A DNA stretch of 64,000 bases, from IMG/VR virus record IMGVR_UViG_3300021492_000072. The stretch is one strand, 5' to 3'. The notes under the pieces are model-generated. The model was not told the origin of the DNA and searched no databases. It saw only the letters and a list, made by a program, of their open reading frames with translations. The DNA is from a virus. This document shows, piece by piece, positions 1 through 8,779 of the stretch (position 1 is the stretch's first letter; each line of letters opens with the position of its first letter). A program made the translations under genes and the position numbers.

Positions 1-333
1 AGGACCTACTACGTAAGCAGTATCGTGGTAAATCTCGGGAACGTGAGGAGCAAAGTAATCAACATGAATCGTTTTATCATCAACAACCATCAACTTATCA
101 ACAGGATCAACAGGAACCAACTGACCTTTTGAAACCTCATAACCTCTCATCGCTTCGCTCCGGTCCACTTCTCGGCCGCACGACTCACAGAATAAGCGGT
201 ATTTAAGCTTTCTGTGACACGTAGGACAAATTAAGTGTAGTGGAGTCCCATGATTACTCGGAAACGCTCTATAAAGCCTGACCGGCACTTCAACTGATCG
301 AACCCTTATTATACCCTGCCAAACTGTTCGCAT
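1..333 (-). CDS. ku: Ku (NHEJ DNA end-binding) protein, N-terminal part; runs off the window start
   Basis: Not in ORF track. Manual translation MRTVWQGIIRVRSVEVPVRLYRAF..LHLICPTCHRKLKYRLFCESCGREVDRSEAMRGYEVSKGQLV..KTIHVDYF..EIYHDTAYVVGP follows the bacterial Ku N-terminal pattern; GGAGG upstream of ATG 333. Confidence 0.85.
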   Translation of the reverse strand, partial: MRTVWQGIIRVRSVEVPVRLYRAFPSNHGTPLHLICPTCHRKLKYRLFCESCGREVDRSEAMRGYEVSKGQLVPVDPVDKLMVVDDKTIHVDYFAPHVPEIYHDTAYVVGP

Positions 334-405
334 CTTTCTTCTTACCTCCTTCTGGCCCTAATTAGAATCGGACCATTAAGTTCTTCCCTACTCATGTAAG
401 GTAGG

Positions 406-762
406 CTAGTCAACTTCCGTTTCTATCCCCTCTTCTTTCAACGCTTCTGCAAAGAACCCAGCAAGAGCGCTAATTTTAGCGTTAATCCTTCTGGTTTTCA
501 TTACTATCATCCTCTCAAGTTCAGATTTCAGCTTCATTAACTCCTCAACAGCTTTTTCCGCAGTCTCAGAGTCAGAAATCGGATTACTCACCAACTCTAA
601 CTTCACAAACGGCTTCCCCCCTTCTAGTATCTCCTTGTCGTAACAGTACTTCCCCTGCAGAACCTCTAGTTTAACCCTGTCTTTGAACGCGACTTCCACC
701 TCAAGCTCCACTGTAGCCTCTAGAACCACATACTCCGGCTTTCTGCTAACTTTCACCCTCAT
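406..762 (-). CDS. Hypothetical protein, paralog of 28242..28559 and 28596..28937
   Basis: Shared KLEVLQG / EVxF motifs and C-terminal coiled coil; GGAGGTG SD. Confidence 0.75.
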   Translation of the reverse strand: MRVKVSRKPEYVVLEATVELEVEVAFKDRVKLEVLQGKYCYDKEILEGGKPFVKLELVSNPISDSETAEKAVEELMKLKSELERMIVMKTRRINAKISALAGFFAEALKEEGIETEVD

Positions 763-777
763 CTCTTCTCACCTCCT

Positions 778-978
778 TTATCTAAAACAATCTGCGAGCT
801 CATCCAGTATCGCATCTCTAACAGCACTGTCATATATTTCTCCATGCCCCTCTTTTGCTATCTTTTCAATACCCGCTCGCAGTTCTCTCTTGATATGATT
901 TATCAGTTCTTTCACCTTTTCCTCACCTTCAGAACTGAACATCCCAAACTCTTCAAACTCTTCTTTCTCTCGATTCAT
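778..978 (-). CDS. Hypothetical protein
   Basis: Strong SD, fits the operon tiling. Confidence 0.7.
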   Translation of the reverse strand: MNREKEEFEEFGMFSSEGEEKVKELINHIKRELRAGIEKIAKEGHGEIYDSAVRDAILDELADCFR

Positions 979-1006
979 CCCTCACCTCCTTCTCTTACAA
1001 GCTTCG

Positions 1007-1321
1007 CTAGAATCTTCCTGTTCTTTCAATAGCGTCCTTCAAAGCCTCAGCTCCTGCTACTACTTCCACATTCCACCTACAAACAACTCTAGCAGGAGAG
1101 CCTTCACTAAGAGGTGTACACGACAAATAAAAACTCGGGATTTTTCCTTCAGTATCCTCTATCAGATAAACCGTCACTTCACGCACTACTTCAAAGTTAT
1201 CCACAGCACCACACACTGGGCATGCAAATGAATCCGGCATAAGGGACCCAGGATCATAGGAGAGACCCTCAAGTCGATCTCTCTCAACCACACTCTGACA
1301 GTTCTTGCATCTGACACGCAT
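1007..1321 (-). CDS. Zn-ribbon protein
   Basis: CKNC...CPVC. Confidence 0.7.
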   Translation of the reverse strand: MRVRCKNCQSVVERDRLEGLSYDPGSLMPDSFACPVCGAVDNFEVVREVTVYLIEDTEGKIPSFYLSCTPLSEGSPARVVCRWNVEVVAGAEALKDAIERTGRF

Positions 1322-1371
1322 CTGACCTACCTCTTTGAAAAAAATTATTATTAAATATTAAAAAAGAGACC

Positions 1372-2085
1372 TTACTTCCACCCACGTTGCTCGAGGAGTT
1401 CAAGCAACTGTAAACCCCGCACAACTGACCGGGTCAGTGATACAAGTGGTACATAGACCGCCTCTTTCAATACAATGCTCGCAACTCCTAACTTTCTATC
1501 TGGCGCTACAGTGACTGCCCGAAAAGAACCAAAAGGCCCCAAGACCTTCCACCTCCAGCTACGGAGTTCCATTACAACAAGTTCGTAACCCAACCGCGTG
1601 AGAAACCAAGCCATAAACGACTGGTGTGTAGCAAATTCCACCATATCAAGTATAAAATTCACACCTTTCAACATTAACTCACCTGTGATATCAAGCTCAG
1701 GTATTAGCGTCCGAAACTTCATCAAGCAGGTCACATTCTCACTAGACGTATGTGTGGTTGGCTGTTTCAGAGCGTCCCTCGTCGCATGGCTAATAAAGTC
1801 AAGCATACCTAGTTTCGCCCATTTACAAACATTGTCACTCGCCAAAACTGATCCGAACCGTCGGGTGAGCTCCATCAATTCCCACTTACTGTCAGGCAAA
1901 CCGATTTGAAAGTCCTCCAAGTCAACCTGCTTATGGATGCCTGACGTCATACTTACAGTAATTGAAGTTTTATGTGGATTTATCATTGCTGTAACAGAAA
2001 CCCAACTACGTACAGCCGATCCACTCCGAAACGGGATAGACCCCTGCAGACGGAGCAACTTCAACTGCCAGAACAAACGTTTCAT
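1372..2085 (-). CDS. Hypothetical protein, distant paralog of 11679..12392
   Basis: Both 237 aa; MKRLxWxLK start, RLGY motif, similar C-termini. Confidence 0.7.
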   Translation of the reverse strand: MKRLFWQLKLLRLQGSIPFRSGSAVRSWVSVTAMINPHKTSITVSMTSGIHKQVDLEDFQIGLPDSKWELMELTRRFGSVLASDNVCKWAKLGMLDFISHATRDALKQPTTHTSSENVTCLMKFRTLIPELDITGELMLKGVNFILDMVEFATHQSFMAWFLTRLGYELVVMELRSWRWKVLGPFGSFRAVTVAPDRKLGVASIVLKEAVYVPLVSLTRSVVRGLQLLELLEQRGWK

Positions 2086-2198
2086 GTGTCTTCTCGCTCA
2101 ACAACACATCAACAGTATTAAGATCCATAAAATCAGGCCTATTAAACACCCAAGAAGAATTCCCTTAGCTGCGTTTAAGCCATTGTCGTCCTTCTTCA

Positions 2199-2558
2199 TC
2201 ACCTAACCCACTCTTCTACATCTTGATATGATAAGCATTTCGTGCACTCCAGTAAAAGAAGGCCTTTAATCCCAGGCCGTTTCATTGTGTCTGATAGCCA
2301 ACTAACCAAATCTGACACTGAATAAAACACAGGGGTACAGTGAGTGAGAGGGGCGAACTTATATCGTTTCGCGTGTGCGATCCAGTCAGGAAACTTTAGT
2401 TTAAATATCCTCCAGAACTTAAAAGGGTAAGGTTCAACCCTTATAAAGTACCTAGAAGTAACCCACAATTTATCAACCGAAGCTTTCTGGACGTCACTAC
2501 TTACTTCCCGTAACACACACGTCAATAAAGGCCACTCTGCACGTCTTCCAGCCCGCAT
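2199..2558 (-). CDS. Divergent member of the array family (satellite 1)
   Basis: LTCVLREV..YFIRVEP..FW..FKLKFPDW..PVFYSVSDLVSWLSDT. Confidence 0.8.
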   Translation of the reverse strand: MRAGRRAEWPLLTCVLREVSSDVQKASVDKLWVTSRYFIRVEPYPFKFWRIFKLKFPDWIAHAKRYKFAPLTHCTPVFYSVSDLVSWLSDTMKRPGIKGLLLLECTKCLSYQDVEEWVR

Positions 2559-2564
2559 TACTTT

Positions 2565-2945
2565 TCACCATCTTAACCTATGTTTTACACCCCGATATGC
2601 TAAGTATTTCGTACACTCCAACAAAAGAAGGTTTCTAATCTCAGGACGCTTCATTGTATCTGACAACCAACTAACGAGATCCGTCACTGAATAGAACCAC
2701 GGAGTATAAGGAGCAAAAAGATCGACTTCAAACCGCTTCGCATATACAATCCAATCAGGAAACTTCAGCTTAAACAACTTCCAAAACTCGCGAGAGTGAG
2801 GTTCAACCTTTATATAGTAACGAGAAGGAATCCACCCCCATACATCATCAACCGAAGCTGACTGTACATCACAGCTTACTGAACGCAACACACTTGTTAA
2901 GAAAGGCCACCCAAATAGTCTCTGGTTTGTATTACACTTTCTCAC
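2565..2945 (-). CDS. Divergent member of the array family (satellite 2)
   Basis: Same scaffold; WLSDT..RNLLLL. Confidence 0.8.
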   Translation of the reverse strand: MRKCNTNQRLFGWPFLTSVLRSVSCDVQSASVDDVWGWIPSRYYIKVEPHSREFWKLFKLKFPDWIVYAKRFEVDLFAPYTPWFYSVTDLVSWLSDTMKRPEIRNLLLLECTKYLAYRGVKHRLRW

Positions 2946-3301
2946 CTACTAACCCGCGCTTCTATATTATACTTTGCACACTCTAATAGAAGCAGGCCCC
3001 TAACTCCTGGTCGCCTTATTGTATCTGACAACCATGCGATCAAATCTGACACCGAATAAAACCGGGGGGTGTAAAGAGAGAAAAAGTGATCGAATCTATA
3101 TCGCTTCGCATGAACGATCCAGTCAGGAAACTTTAGTTTAAATATCCTCCAGAACTCGTGAGAGTAAGGCTCGACCTTTACGTAGTAACGAGGAGGGTCC
3201 CATCCCCACAAAACATCAATTGAAGCTGTTTGTACATCTCGGTTTACTGACTGTAACACACACGTTAATAAAGGCCACTTTACACAACCTTTGGCCTGCA
3301 T
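2942..3301 (-). CDS. Divergent member of the array family (satellite 3)
   Basis: Same scaffold. Confidence 0.8.
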   Translation of the reverse strand: MQAKGCVKWPLLTCVLQSVNRDVQTASIDVLWGWDPPRYYVKVEPYSHEFWRIFKLKFPDWIVHAKRYRFDHFFSLYTPRFYSVSDLIAWLSDTIRRPGVRGLLLLECAKYNIEARVSR

Positions 3302-3309
3302 ACACTTTC

Positions 3310-3501
3310 TTACCTCTTTAACTCTCTTGGGTCTTCTAGTTGCTTAACCATTACCTGAGGAGCCCTGCCCAAGAAACATTTATAATTAAAAATCTCCACC
3401 GCTTCCTTTTTGGCTAGCTCGTACGCCTCCTTTACACTAGGAGCATCAATCTCAAAGCTTACCGCATCACCACGATATTTTGCTACTACACTAAACTTCA
3501 T
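3310..3501 (-). CDS. Hypothetical protein
   Basis: Overlaps upstream stop; operon tiling. Confidence 0.65.
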   Translation of the reverse strand: MKFSVVAKYRGDAVSFEIDAPSVKEAYELAKKEAVEIFNYKCFLGRAPQVMVKQLEDPRELKR

Positions 3502-4177
3502 CCTTCTTCACCTCCGAGATTTCTCGTTGTATAACTTCAAGTGCTTTAGCCCAAAACGCCTTACTTCCCGCCTTTAATCGCCACAACCTTCCACTTGGCG
3601 ACTCTAGTGCACATATGACATCTCGTAACACCTTCTTGAACAACTCACCCTTCTGAGGTCCAACTACAGTTTGACCTCTAGCTAATATAAGTCGCATAGA
3701 ACAATAGGTGCAGTTACCAGGTGACGCCCACCCAAAGCTAACGACCACCTCTACATCTACTTCGCCCTTATACCAACCCCGCAAAACAGCAGGCTTGACG
3801 TCTGTGAATTCAACTGACTCTAACTCAAAAGGAGTGCGAAGCGCAGCCCGCCGGATTTGAGCTCGCATCTCCGCACGCCTCTTCCGCTCAAGTGCTAGAT
3901 TTCGCTCGTTTCGCTCGTACGATTCAAGACATTGTCTAATAAATTCACGTCCTTGTTGTGTTAGACTCAGATTTACATATCCACGCCTCACCCACCTACA
4001 AAGTGGTAAGGCTACACTCGTAGTGCAACCCCCACAGTCACGAACAAAGTCCGTATCCATGCATCTCAAATCAGGAGCATAGACTTCCTCTTTTGGGCTT
4101 CCAACTTGTATAAATTTCGACTTCAGTTTATAAATCTCCTCAAAAAGTTCCTCATCTGTTGCCTTCCTAAAATTCAT
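3491..4177 (-). CDS. Hypothetical protein, SPxGRLW family
   Basis: LxCM..GY..GREF..SPSGRLWRLK shared with 4254, 32764, 34391, 36246. Confidence 0.8.
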   Translation of the reverse strand: MNFRKATDEELFEEIYKLKSKFIQVGSPKEEVYAPDLRCMDTDFVRDCGGCTTSVALPLCRWVRRGYVNLSLTQQGREFIRQCLESYERNERNLALERKRRAEMRAQIRRAALRTPFELESVEFTDVKPAVLRGWYKGEVDVEVVVSFGWASPGNCTYCSMRLILARGQTVVGPQKGELFKKVLRDVICALESPSGRLWRLKAGSKAFWAKALEVIQREISEVKKDEV

Positions 4178-4253
4178 CTCTCCTCATCCTCTTAACATGA
4201 TCCTCCACACCTCAACTTTGTCCCTAGTAATTTATATATGCTTTACAGTCCAC

Positions 4254-4742
4254 TTAGTATAAACAATCGTCACCTCCCCCACCCCCCGCTATTTCTCGCA
4301 TAACCTCAAGTGCTTTAGTCCAAAACACCTCACTTCCCGACTTCAGTCGCCACAACCTTCCACTTGGCGACTCCATTGTATGTATGACATCTCGTAACAC
4401 CTTTCTGTATAACTCCCCCACCTGAGGCTCAACTATAACCCGGTCTCCAACTAGTACAAGACGTATAGCGCAAAAAAGCATCGACCACCCAAAACTAACA
4501 ACCGCTTCTACGTCCACTCCACCTTTATACCAACCCCGTAAAGCGGCGGGCTTAGTGCCCGTAAACTCAACCGTTTCCAACTCAAAAGGAGCGCGAAGCA
4601 CGGTACGGTGGATTTGAGCGCGTGCCTCCGCACGCCTCTTCCGCTCATTTCGCTCGTACGATTCAAGACACTGACTAGTGAATTCACGTCCTTGTTGTTT
4701 TAGACTCAAATTTACATATCCTCTTAACATGATCCCCCACAC
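4254..4742 (-). CDS. N-terminally deleted tandem duplicate of 3491..4177 (possible pseudogene)
   Basis: High DNA identity to about 3530-3982; lacks the N-terminal ~65 aa; tail DDCLY derives from the exonuclease 3' end. Confidence 0.6.
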   Translation of the reverse strand: MWGIMLRGYVNLSLKQQGREFTSQCLESYERNERKRRAEARAQIHRTVLRAPFELETVEFTGTKPAALRGWYKGGVDVEAVVSFGWSMLFCAIRLVLVGDRVIVEPQVGELYRKVLRDVIHTMESPSGRLWRLKSGSEVFWTKALEVMREIAGGGGGDDCLY

Positions 4743-5248
4743 CTCAACTTTGTCTCTAGTAACTTATATGCCTTACAACAGTAATTCACTTGGTATAAAC
4801 AATCGTCTAACGCGTTATGTGTTTTTGGGTCTCCGCTCTTCTCCTCCCTCTTAAGTCCCGCCAAAAACACCAAAGTCCTAATATCCCTCCAACGGGTATA
4901 GTGAAATGGGAGTTTTTGCCCGAGTTTTTGACAGACACTCTCAAGAATTTCTATATCGTAAAAATGCGACCAAACGTAGGCTTTTTTATCGATCTTACAG
5001 AAAGCCGTTAGCTCTTCCAGAGCCTTTGTCAAAGGAATAGTATCCTTATCCCAAGTAATCCTGTCTTTATTCTCCAGCCAAAATTTGAGTTCTTTATATT
5101 TGATCTCAAGGCCTTTATCCAAACAGGACTTTATATTAACGTTTACAAGAAAAGTTTCTCCGGTTTTTCCTGCCCAATCAAAGTACACTGCGCCGATCTG
5201 GGTAATAACCGTACCTAGCGTCTCAAGGTCCAACATTATATTACTCAC
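4724..5248 (-). CDS. DEDDh 3'-5' exonuclease (Rv2179c-like)
   Basis: IMLDLETLG, IGAVYFD, RDIRT, HNALDDC..Q motifs. Confidence 0.85.
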   Translation of the reverse strand: MSNIMLDLETLGTVITQIGAVYFDWAGKTGETFLVNVNIKSCLDKGLEIKYKELKFWLENKDRITWDKDTIPLTKALEELTAFCKIDKKAYVWSHFYDIEILESVCQKLGQKLPFHYTRWRDIRTLVFLAGLKREEKSGDPKTHNALDDCLYQVNYCCKAYKLLETKLRCGGSC

Positions 5249-5276
5249 ACCACATCTCCTCCTTCACAAAGGTCAC

Positions 5277-5600
5277 TTACTCCACCCTTGTCAAAATTCG
5301 AAACCTTAAGTCTTCGGGTTTCACACCAAATACTCCTGTCGTGAAACCCTTCACCTCGCGTGACGTGTTCCGCTTCAAAGTCACAACCAAAGCACTCTCA
5401 CCCACTCGTAAGCCGCGAAAGAAAGGACTGCTGCTTCTCACGGCACCTAACCTCTCTAAAAGTTCACGGGTTGACACGTGCCCAACGTAATGAGTAAGCC
5501 CGTGTACTAAAGGTTTTACCTCCTCAAATCTTTTCGTTCTAACTTTATACACGCCATCCTCCGTCGCCACCACAGACGACAAAATAGCTACTAGTCTCAT
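5277..5600 (-). CDS. acrIII-1: DUF1874 / YddF-like protein, candidate AcrIII-1 cA4 ring nuclease
   Basis: AILSSVVATEDGVYKV..EEVK..YVGHVSTRELL..FRILTRVE parallels my recollection of B. subtilis YddF, including the catalytic GH motif. Confidence 0.7.
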   Translation of the reverse strand: MRLVAILSSVVATEDGVYKVRTKRFEEVKPLVHGLTHYVGHVSTRELLERLGAVRSSSPFFRGLRVGESALVVTLKRNTSREVKGFTTGVFGVKPEDLRFRILTRVE

Positions 5601-5842
5601 TCTTCCTCCTCCTTCTCAAGTTGTCGGTAAAATTCAGACCATCCCTTCTCCACATATGTATACGGGGCGTACTTCTCTAGAAGCCCCTTCTTCACTAACC
5701 GATCGCACCTACACCGAACAGCATTAAAAGAAAGCTCTATACCAAGTTCATACCTAATCTGGTCCTTCAAAAAGCCCACATGCGTTGGCATAATAGTATG
5801 AGACACAATAACTTCATTGACCTCTTTACTTCGCACACACAA
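5597..5842 (-). CDS. Small winged-helix-like protein
   Basis: LSFNAVRCRCDRLVKKGLLEK. Confidence 0.55.
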   Translation of the reverse strand: MCVRSKEVNEVIVSHTIMPTHVGFLKDQIRYELGIELSFNAVRCRCDRLVKKGLLEKYAPYTYVEKGWSEFYRQLEKEEEE

Positions 5843-6293
5843 TCTCCCCTATTGTAAGTAATACTCTCCAGACATACTCTTTACTTCGCGCCCCGCAGTA
5901 TCGGTACAAAACACGGACTAGGTCGGGCTCGGTAGCGAACAACTTTCGTAGTATATAACCAACAGCCTGTATGTTCGTCTCAATACCAAATAAGTCCCTT
6001 TGTGTCTTTATAATCCCAGCCTGCTTGAGTTCCGGAACCCAAACAGGCATGATTTGACCCAAGCCAATCGCACCCGTAGGGGACACAGCATATGGGTCAA
6101 AGTGGCTTTCAACTTTACATATAGCTAAAATTAAGATAGGGTGCGCTTCTTGGTGTGCACACTGCACAACCAGCCATGCCTGTGATCTCGTTAACCGACT
6201 GTTCTTTAACACCCAATCTACTTCATCTCCGTAAGCGCAAATAGCAAAACACAAAAGGGCGCCTACTATACAGCTTCTCACTCCTCCAACCAA
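5826..6293 (-). CDS. Lytic transglycosylase (SLT domain) with N-terminal hydrophobic/signal segment
   Basis: ICKVESHFDPYAVSPTGAIGLGQIMP; NI..GYIL; terminal YV motif. Confidence 0.9.
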   Translation of the reverse strand: MVGGVRSCIVGALLCFAICAYGDEVDWVLKNSRLTRSQAWLVVQCAHQEAHPILILAICKVESHFDPYAVSPTGAIGLGQIMPVWVPELKQAGIIKTQRDLFGIETNIQAVGYILRKLFATEPDLVRVLYRYCGARSKEYVWRVLLTIGEIVCAK

Positions 6294-6320
6294 AGCTTCT
6301 CTCTCTTTCAGTTTCTCTTA

Positions 6321-6611
6321 CTACCTTATCTTAATCTCGTACCTACCGCGTCCCTTTGAAACTACCTCTACTGTGTAAGAAGGCGCGACACCGCCCGGAC
6401 GCACCAACTTGAACTTAGGACAATATGCTAAGTACTCTATAGTGTCATTCTCATATTTGTAGCTCGCGTCCAGGATAATAAAGTTAGAGAACACCAACAT
6501 AAGCACCCCAAGCAACTCAGAGTTCTCATTACCTATAGCTAAATCCAACATCCTTTTACTGATTTCAAATTTGCCTAACCTCCGACCTTTAGGTTCTCTC
6601 TGACCTGCCAC
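6321..6611 (-). CDS. Hypothetical phage protein
   Basis: Operon tiling. Confidence 0.7.
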   Translation of the reverse strand: MAGQREPKGRRLGKFEISKRMLDLAIGNENSELLGVLMLVFSNFIILDASYKYENDTIEYLAYCPKFKLVRPGGVAPSYTVEVVSKGRGRYEIKIR

Positions 6612-6646
6612 TATAACACCCCCTATTTTACCACAAACTCAGCTAC

Positions 6647-6844
6647 CTAATAATAAATCTCTACCACTTTCCCATTTTCGTACACGACCGCTGCTTCGCT
6701 ACACCTTACCTCAAACCAAGGCTCGTCTTCATCCTTCCCCTTTAACTTTATTTCCCACCACGGTTCTTCGTCTGTGGGGGTAGACACAAGTACTTCATCT
6801 CCGTCACCCCAATCTCTACCGTAAAAAAGCGCTCTTCCAAGCAT
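6647..6844 (-). CDS. Hypothetical acidic protein
   Basis: SD GAGGAGG. Confidence 0.65.
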   Translation of the reverse strand: MLGRALFYGRDWGDGDEVLVSTPTDEEPWWEIKLKGKDEDEPWFEVRCSEAAVVYENGKVVEIYY

Positions 6845-6859
6845 TGATCTATACCTCCT

Positions 6860-7063
6860 CTATTTTATCCTCCTCACAAATAACACACACCCACGTCCAA
6901 GAGGAATCAACTTCATCTGCCCTGGCTCAAGTGGCAGTATGTCTTTCTCTTCCACCCCCAACGCTCCAAGGTGATCCCGGTCACACATCCGACGGAGACT
7001 AATTCGAGGTTGGTGTGCGATGCACACCCCGCCTGGGGACAGAATCTTTGACTGAAGCAACAC
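6860..7063 (-). CDS. Hypothetical protein
   Basis: SD GGAGG. Confidence 0.55.
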   Translation of the reverse strand: MLLQSKILSPGGVCIAHQPRISLRRMCDRDHLGALGVEEKDILPLEPGQMKLIPLGRGCVLFVRRIK

Positions 7064-7112
7064 TAAAGGTACCTCCTTCTCAAAACCAACTTATCAAAAA
7101 CCGCTAAACATT

Positions 7113-7775
7113 TTAGCGTATCAAGCGCTTCCATGCTGTTACACCAACACGAAGCTTCCACAATCTACCCTTAGGGGAGGTCTTTATAGCACGAATAACA
7201 TCAGTTAACACCTTCTGCCGCAGTCTCCCTTTCCGAGCCGACATCGTAATAACCACCCCACCCCTTGATAGCCTTACGATCGTAGGGATGCCATCAACAA
7301 TCATGACTTCAGCGCGTACGTCTCCATATCTACCACAAACCCCAAAAGCGGGACCAAGGCTAGATTCGGGTCCGCGAACTATGTGAAGGTCGTTAAGTTC
7401 AAAAGAATTATATAACACATCCAAACGCAAAGCCGCCTTTGAATTACAGAGTTGAGAAGCAACTCCTTGAACGAAACCCTCCAATTCAGACGCTACAACG
7501 TCACGGAACGCCTGTAAAACGCGACCGATCCGCTTTCCCTTTATAAAGTTAAGCTCACTCGGTGCGTCAATTATCCGACCATTCTGGTTGAACGGACTTT
7601 TTATCACAAACTCAAAGGGGTGAAAGATCCATCTCGAACCCCTGTTGGACAGGAGTTCCTTCACCTCTTCCACTGTTGAGGCCTCGAAATCGGTCACATA
7701 GTCTCCCTCAAAACTAACCAATAATGCCTGATACACCTCACAAACCCCTTTGCGACAGTTAACGGTGATAATCAA
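7113..7775 (-). CDS. Hypothetical protein; C-terminal half belongs to the SPxGRLW family
   Basis: KVLTDVIRAIKTSPKGRLWKL. Confidence 0.7.
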   Translation of the reverse strand: MIITVNCRKGVCEVYQALLVSFEGDYVTDFEASTVEEVKELLSNRGSRWIFHPFEFVIKSPFNQNGRIIDAPSELNFIKGKRIGRVLQAFRDVVASELEGFVQGVASQLCNSKAALRLDVLYNSFELNDLHIVRGPESSLGPAFGVCGRYGDVRAEVMIVDGIPTIVRLSRGGVVITMSARKGRLRQKVLTDVIRAIKTSPKGRLWKLRVGVTAWKRLIR

Positions 7776-8319
7776 CCGTAACCAAATACCCAGTAGTTAT
7801 ACCCCTCTCCTCTAAAGTCTTCTTCACATAGCCGTCAAAGCCGGTCCTACAAAAGCCGAAACCAGTCCAAATCTCATGGTGAAGAACCTCGTTCGGAAGA
7901 ATTAGTGTATAACACGTCAGTCGCGATGATACCCTCCCAACAGAAACAACATCATCAGCGTAACCATCATCCCTGTACCTATCACGACAAGTCGGTATAA
8001 GCCCCTCGAAACCTGGGAAAAGTTTCAAGAACTCTTCACGCCTCTTGGCCTCCTGAACCTTTTTCGGATTCTTAGCCCCATACCAAAACAATCTCTTCTC
8101 TTCGCAAATCTTGTAAAACTTTTCAATCTTCGACGGATCCAGTGTCGTTACTGTATGAACACCAGACCACTGACCGCCAACAACAAACCAATCCCAAAAA
8201 CCATGGCGCTCACCGGTTGCCTCATCGAACCACAGTTTGTAAGGTTCCATGATCCTCAAAACAGCTTCAAACACATCTTTAGGTAATCCTTCAAGGTAAA
8301 CCTCGCAATGATAATGCAT
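7759..8319 (-). CDS. Hypothetical phage protein (WDWxxxGGxW...VDYH type)
   Basis: WDWFVVGGQWSG and terminal VDYH. Confidence 0.75.
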   Translation of the reverse strand: MHYHCEVYLEGLPKDVFEAVLRIMEPYKLWFDEATGERHGFWDWFVVGGQWSGVHTVTTLDPSKIEKFYKICEEKRLFWYGAKNPKKVQEAKRREEFLKLFPGFEGLIPTCRDRYRDDGYADDVVSVGRVSSRLTCYTLILPNEVLHHEIWTGFGFCRTGFDGYVKKTLEERGITTGYLVTVDYHR

Positions 8320-8375
8320 CCAAAAACCTCTCTCTACAGTTCTTCAACTAAATACACCCTAAAAAGACACCCACC

Positions 8376-8546
8376 TTACGACACATGCTTGTCATCTTTA
8401 AGGTTAGAACACTTACTTAACATGACCCGAAACGCTCGTTCATACTCCCTCAACATCCTCTCTGAAGCAGTATGAGTAATGACAGCTCCAATGAAAACAC
8501 CTAACCCAAAACAACACAGCCCAACTACTAACAATTGTACCCCCAT
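8376..8546 (-). CDS. Small membrane protein (56 aa)
   Basis: Manual translation MGVQLLVVGLCCFGLGVFIGAVIT...; GGAGGTG SD. Confidence 0.55.
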   Translation of the reverse strand: MGVQLLVVGLCCFGLGVFIGAVITHTASERMLREYERAFRVMLSKCSNLKDDKHVS

Positions 8547-8561
8547 AAGATCACCTCCTTA

Positions 8562-8765
8562 CTATTCAGACCCACTTACCTTCAAATCGGGGAAGTCGGT
8601 TATCACTGAATCTACCACTGCTCTCATCTCTTCTTGGTTCAAGATAACTTGTGGGTTGTTCCTCGCCAGGTCCCGCTCTGCCTCATTATCGTCATCATAG
8701 TAGCCACTTTCTACCCATACATGACATTCATACCAATTAATAGCGTAGTACTTCTTCTTCTTCAT
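8562..8765 (-). CDS. Hypothetical protein (start moved to MKKKKYY)
   Basis: GGAGGAGGAG SD before ATG 8765. Confidence 0.65.
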   Translation of the reverse strand: MKKKKYYAINWYECHVWVESGYYDDDNEAERDLARNNPQVILNQEEMRAVVDSVITDFPDLKVSGSE

Positions 8766-8779
8766 CTCTCCTCCTCCTC

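Noticed and set aside
3-206. Plus-strand Gln-rich open frame at the window start
   Set aside because: It is the antisense of the Ku-like frame, which has family motifs and an SD
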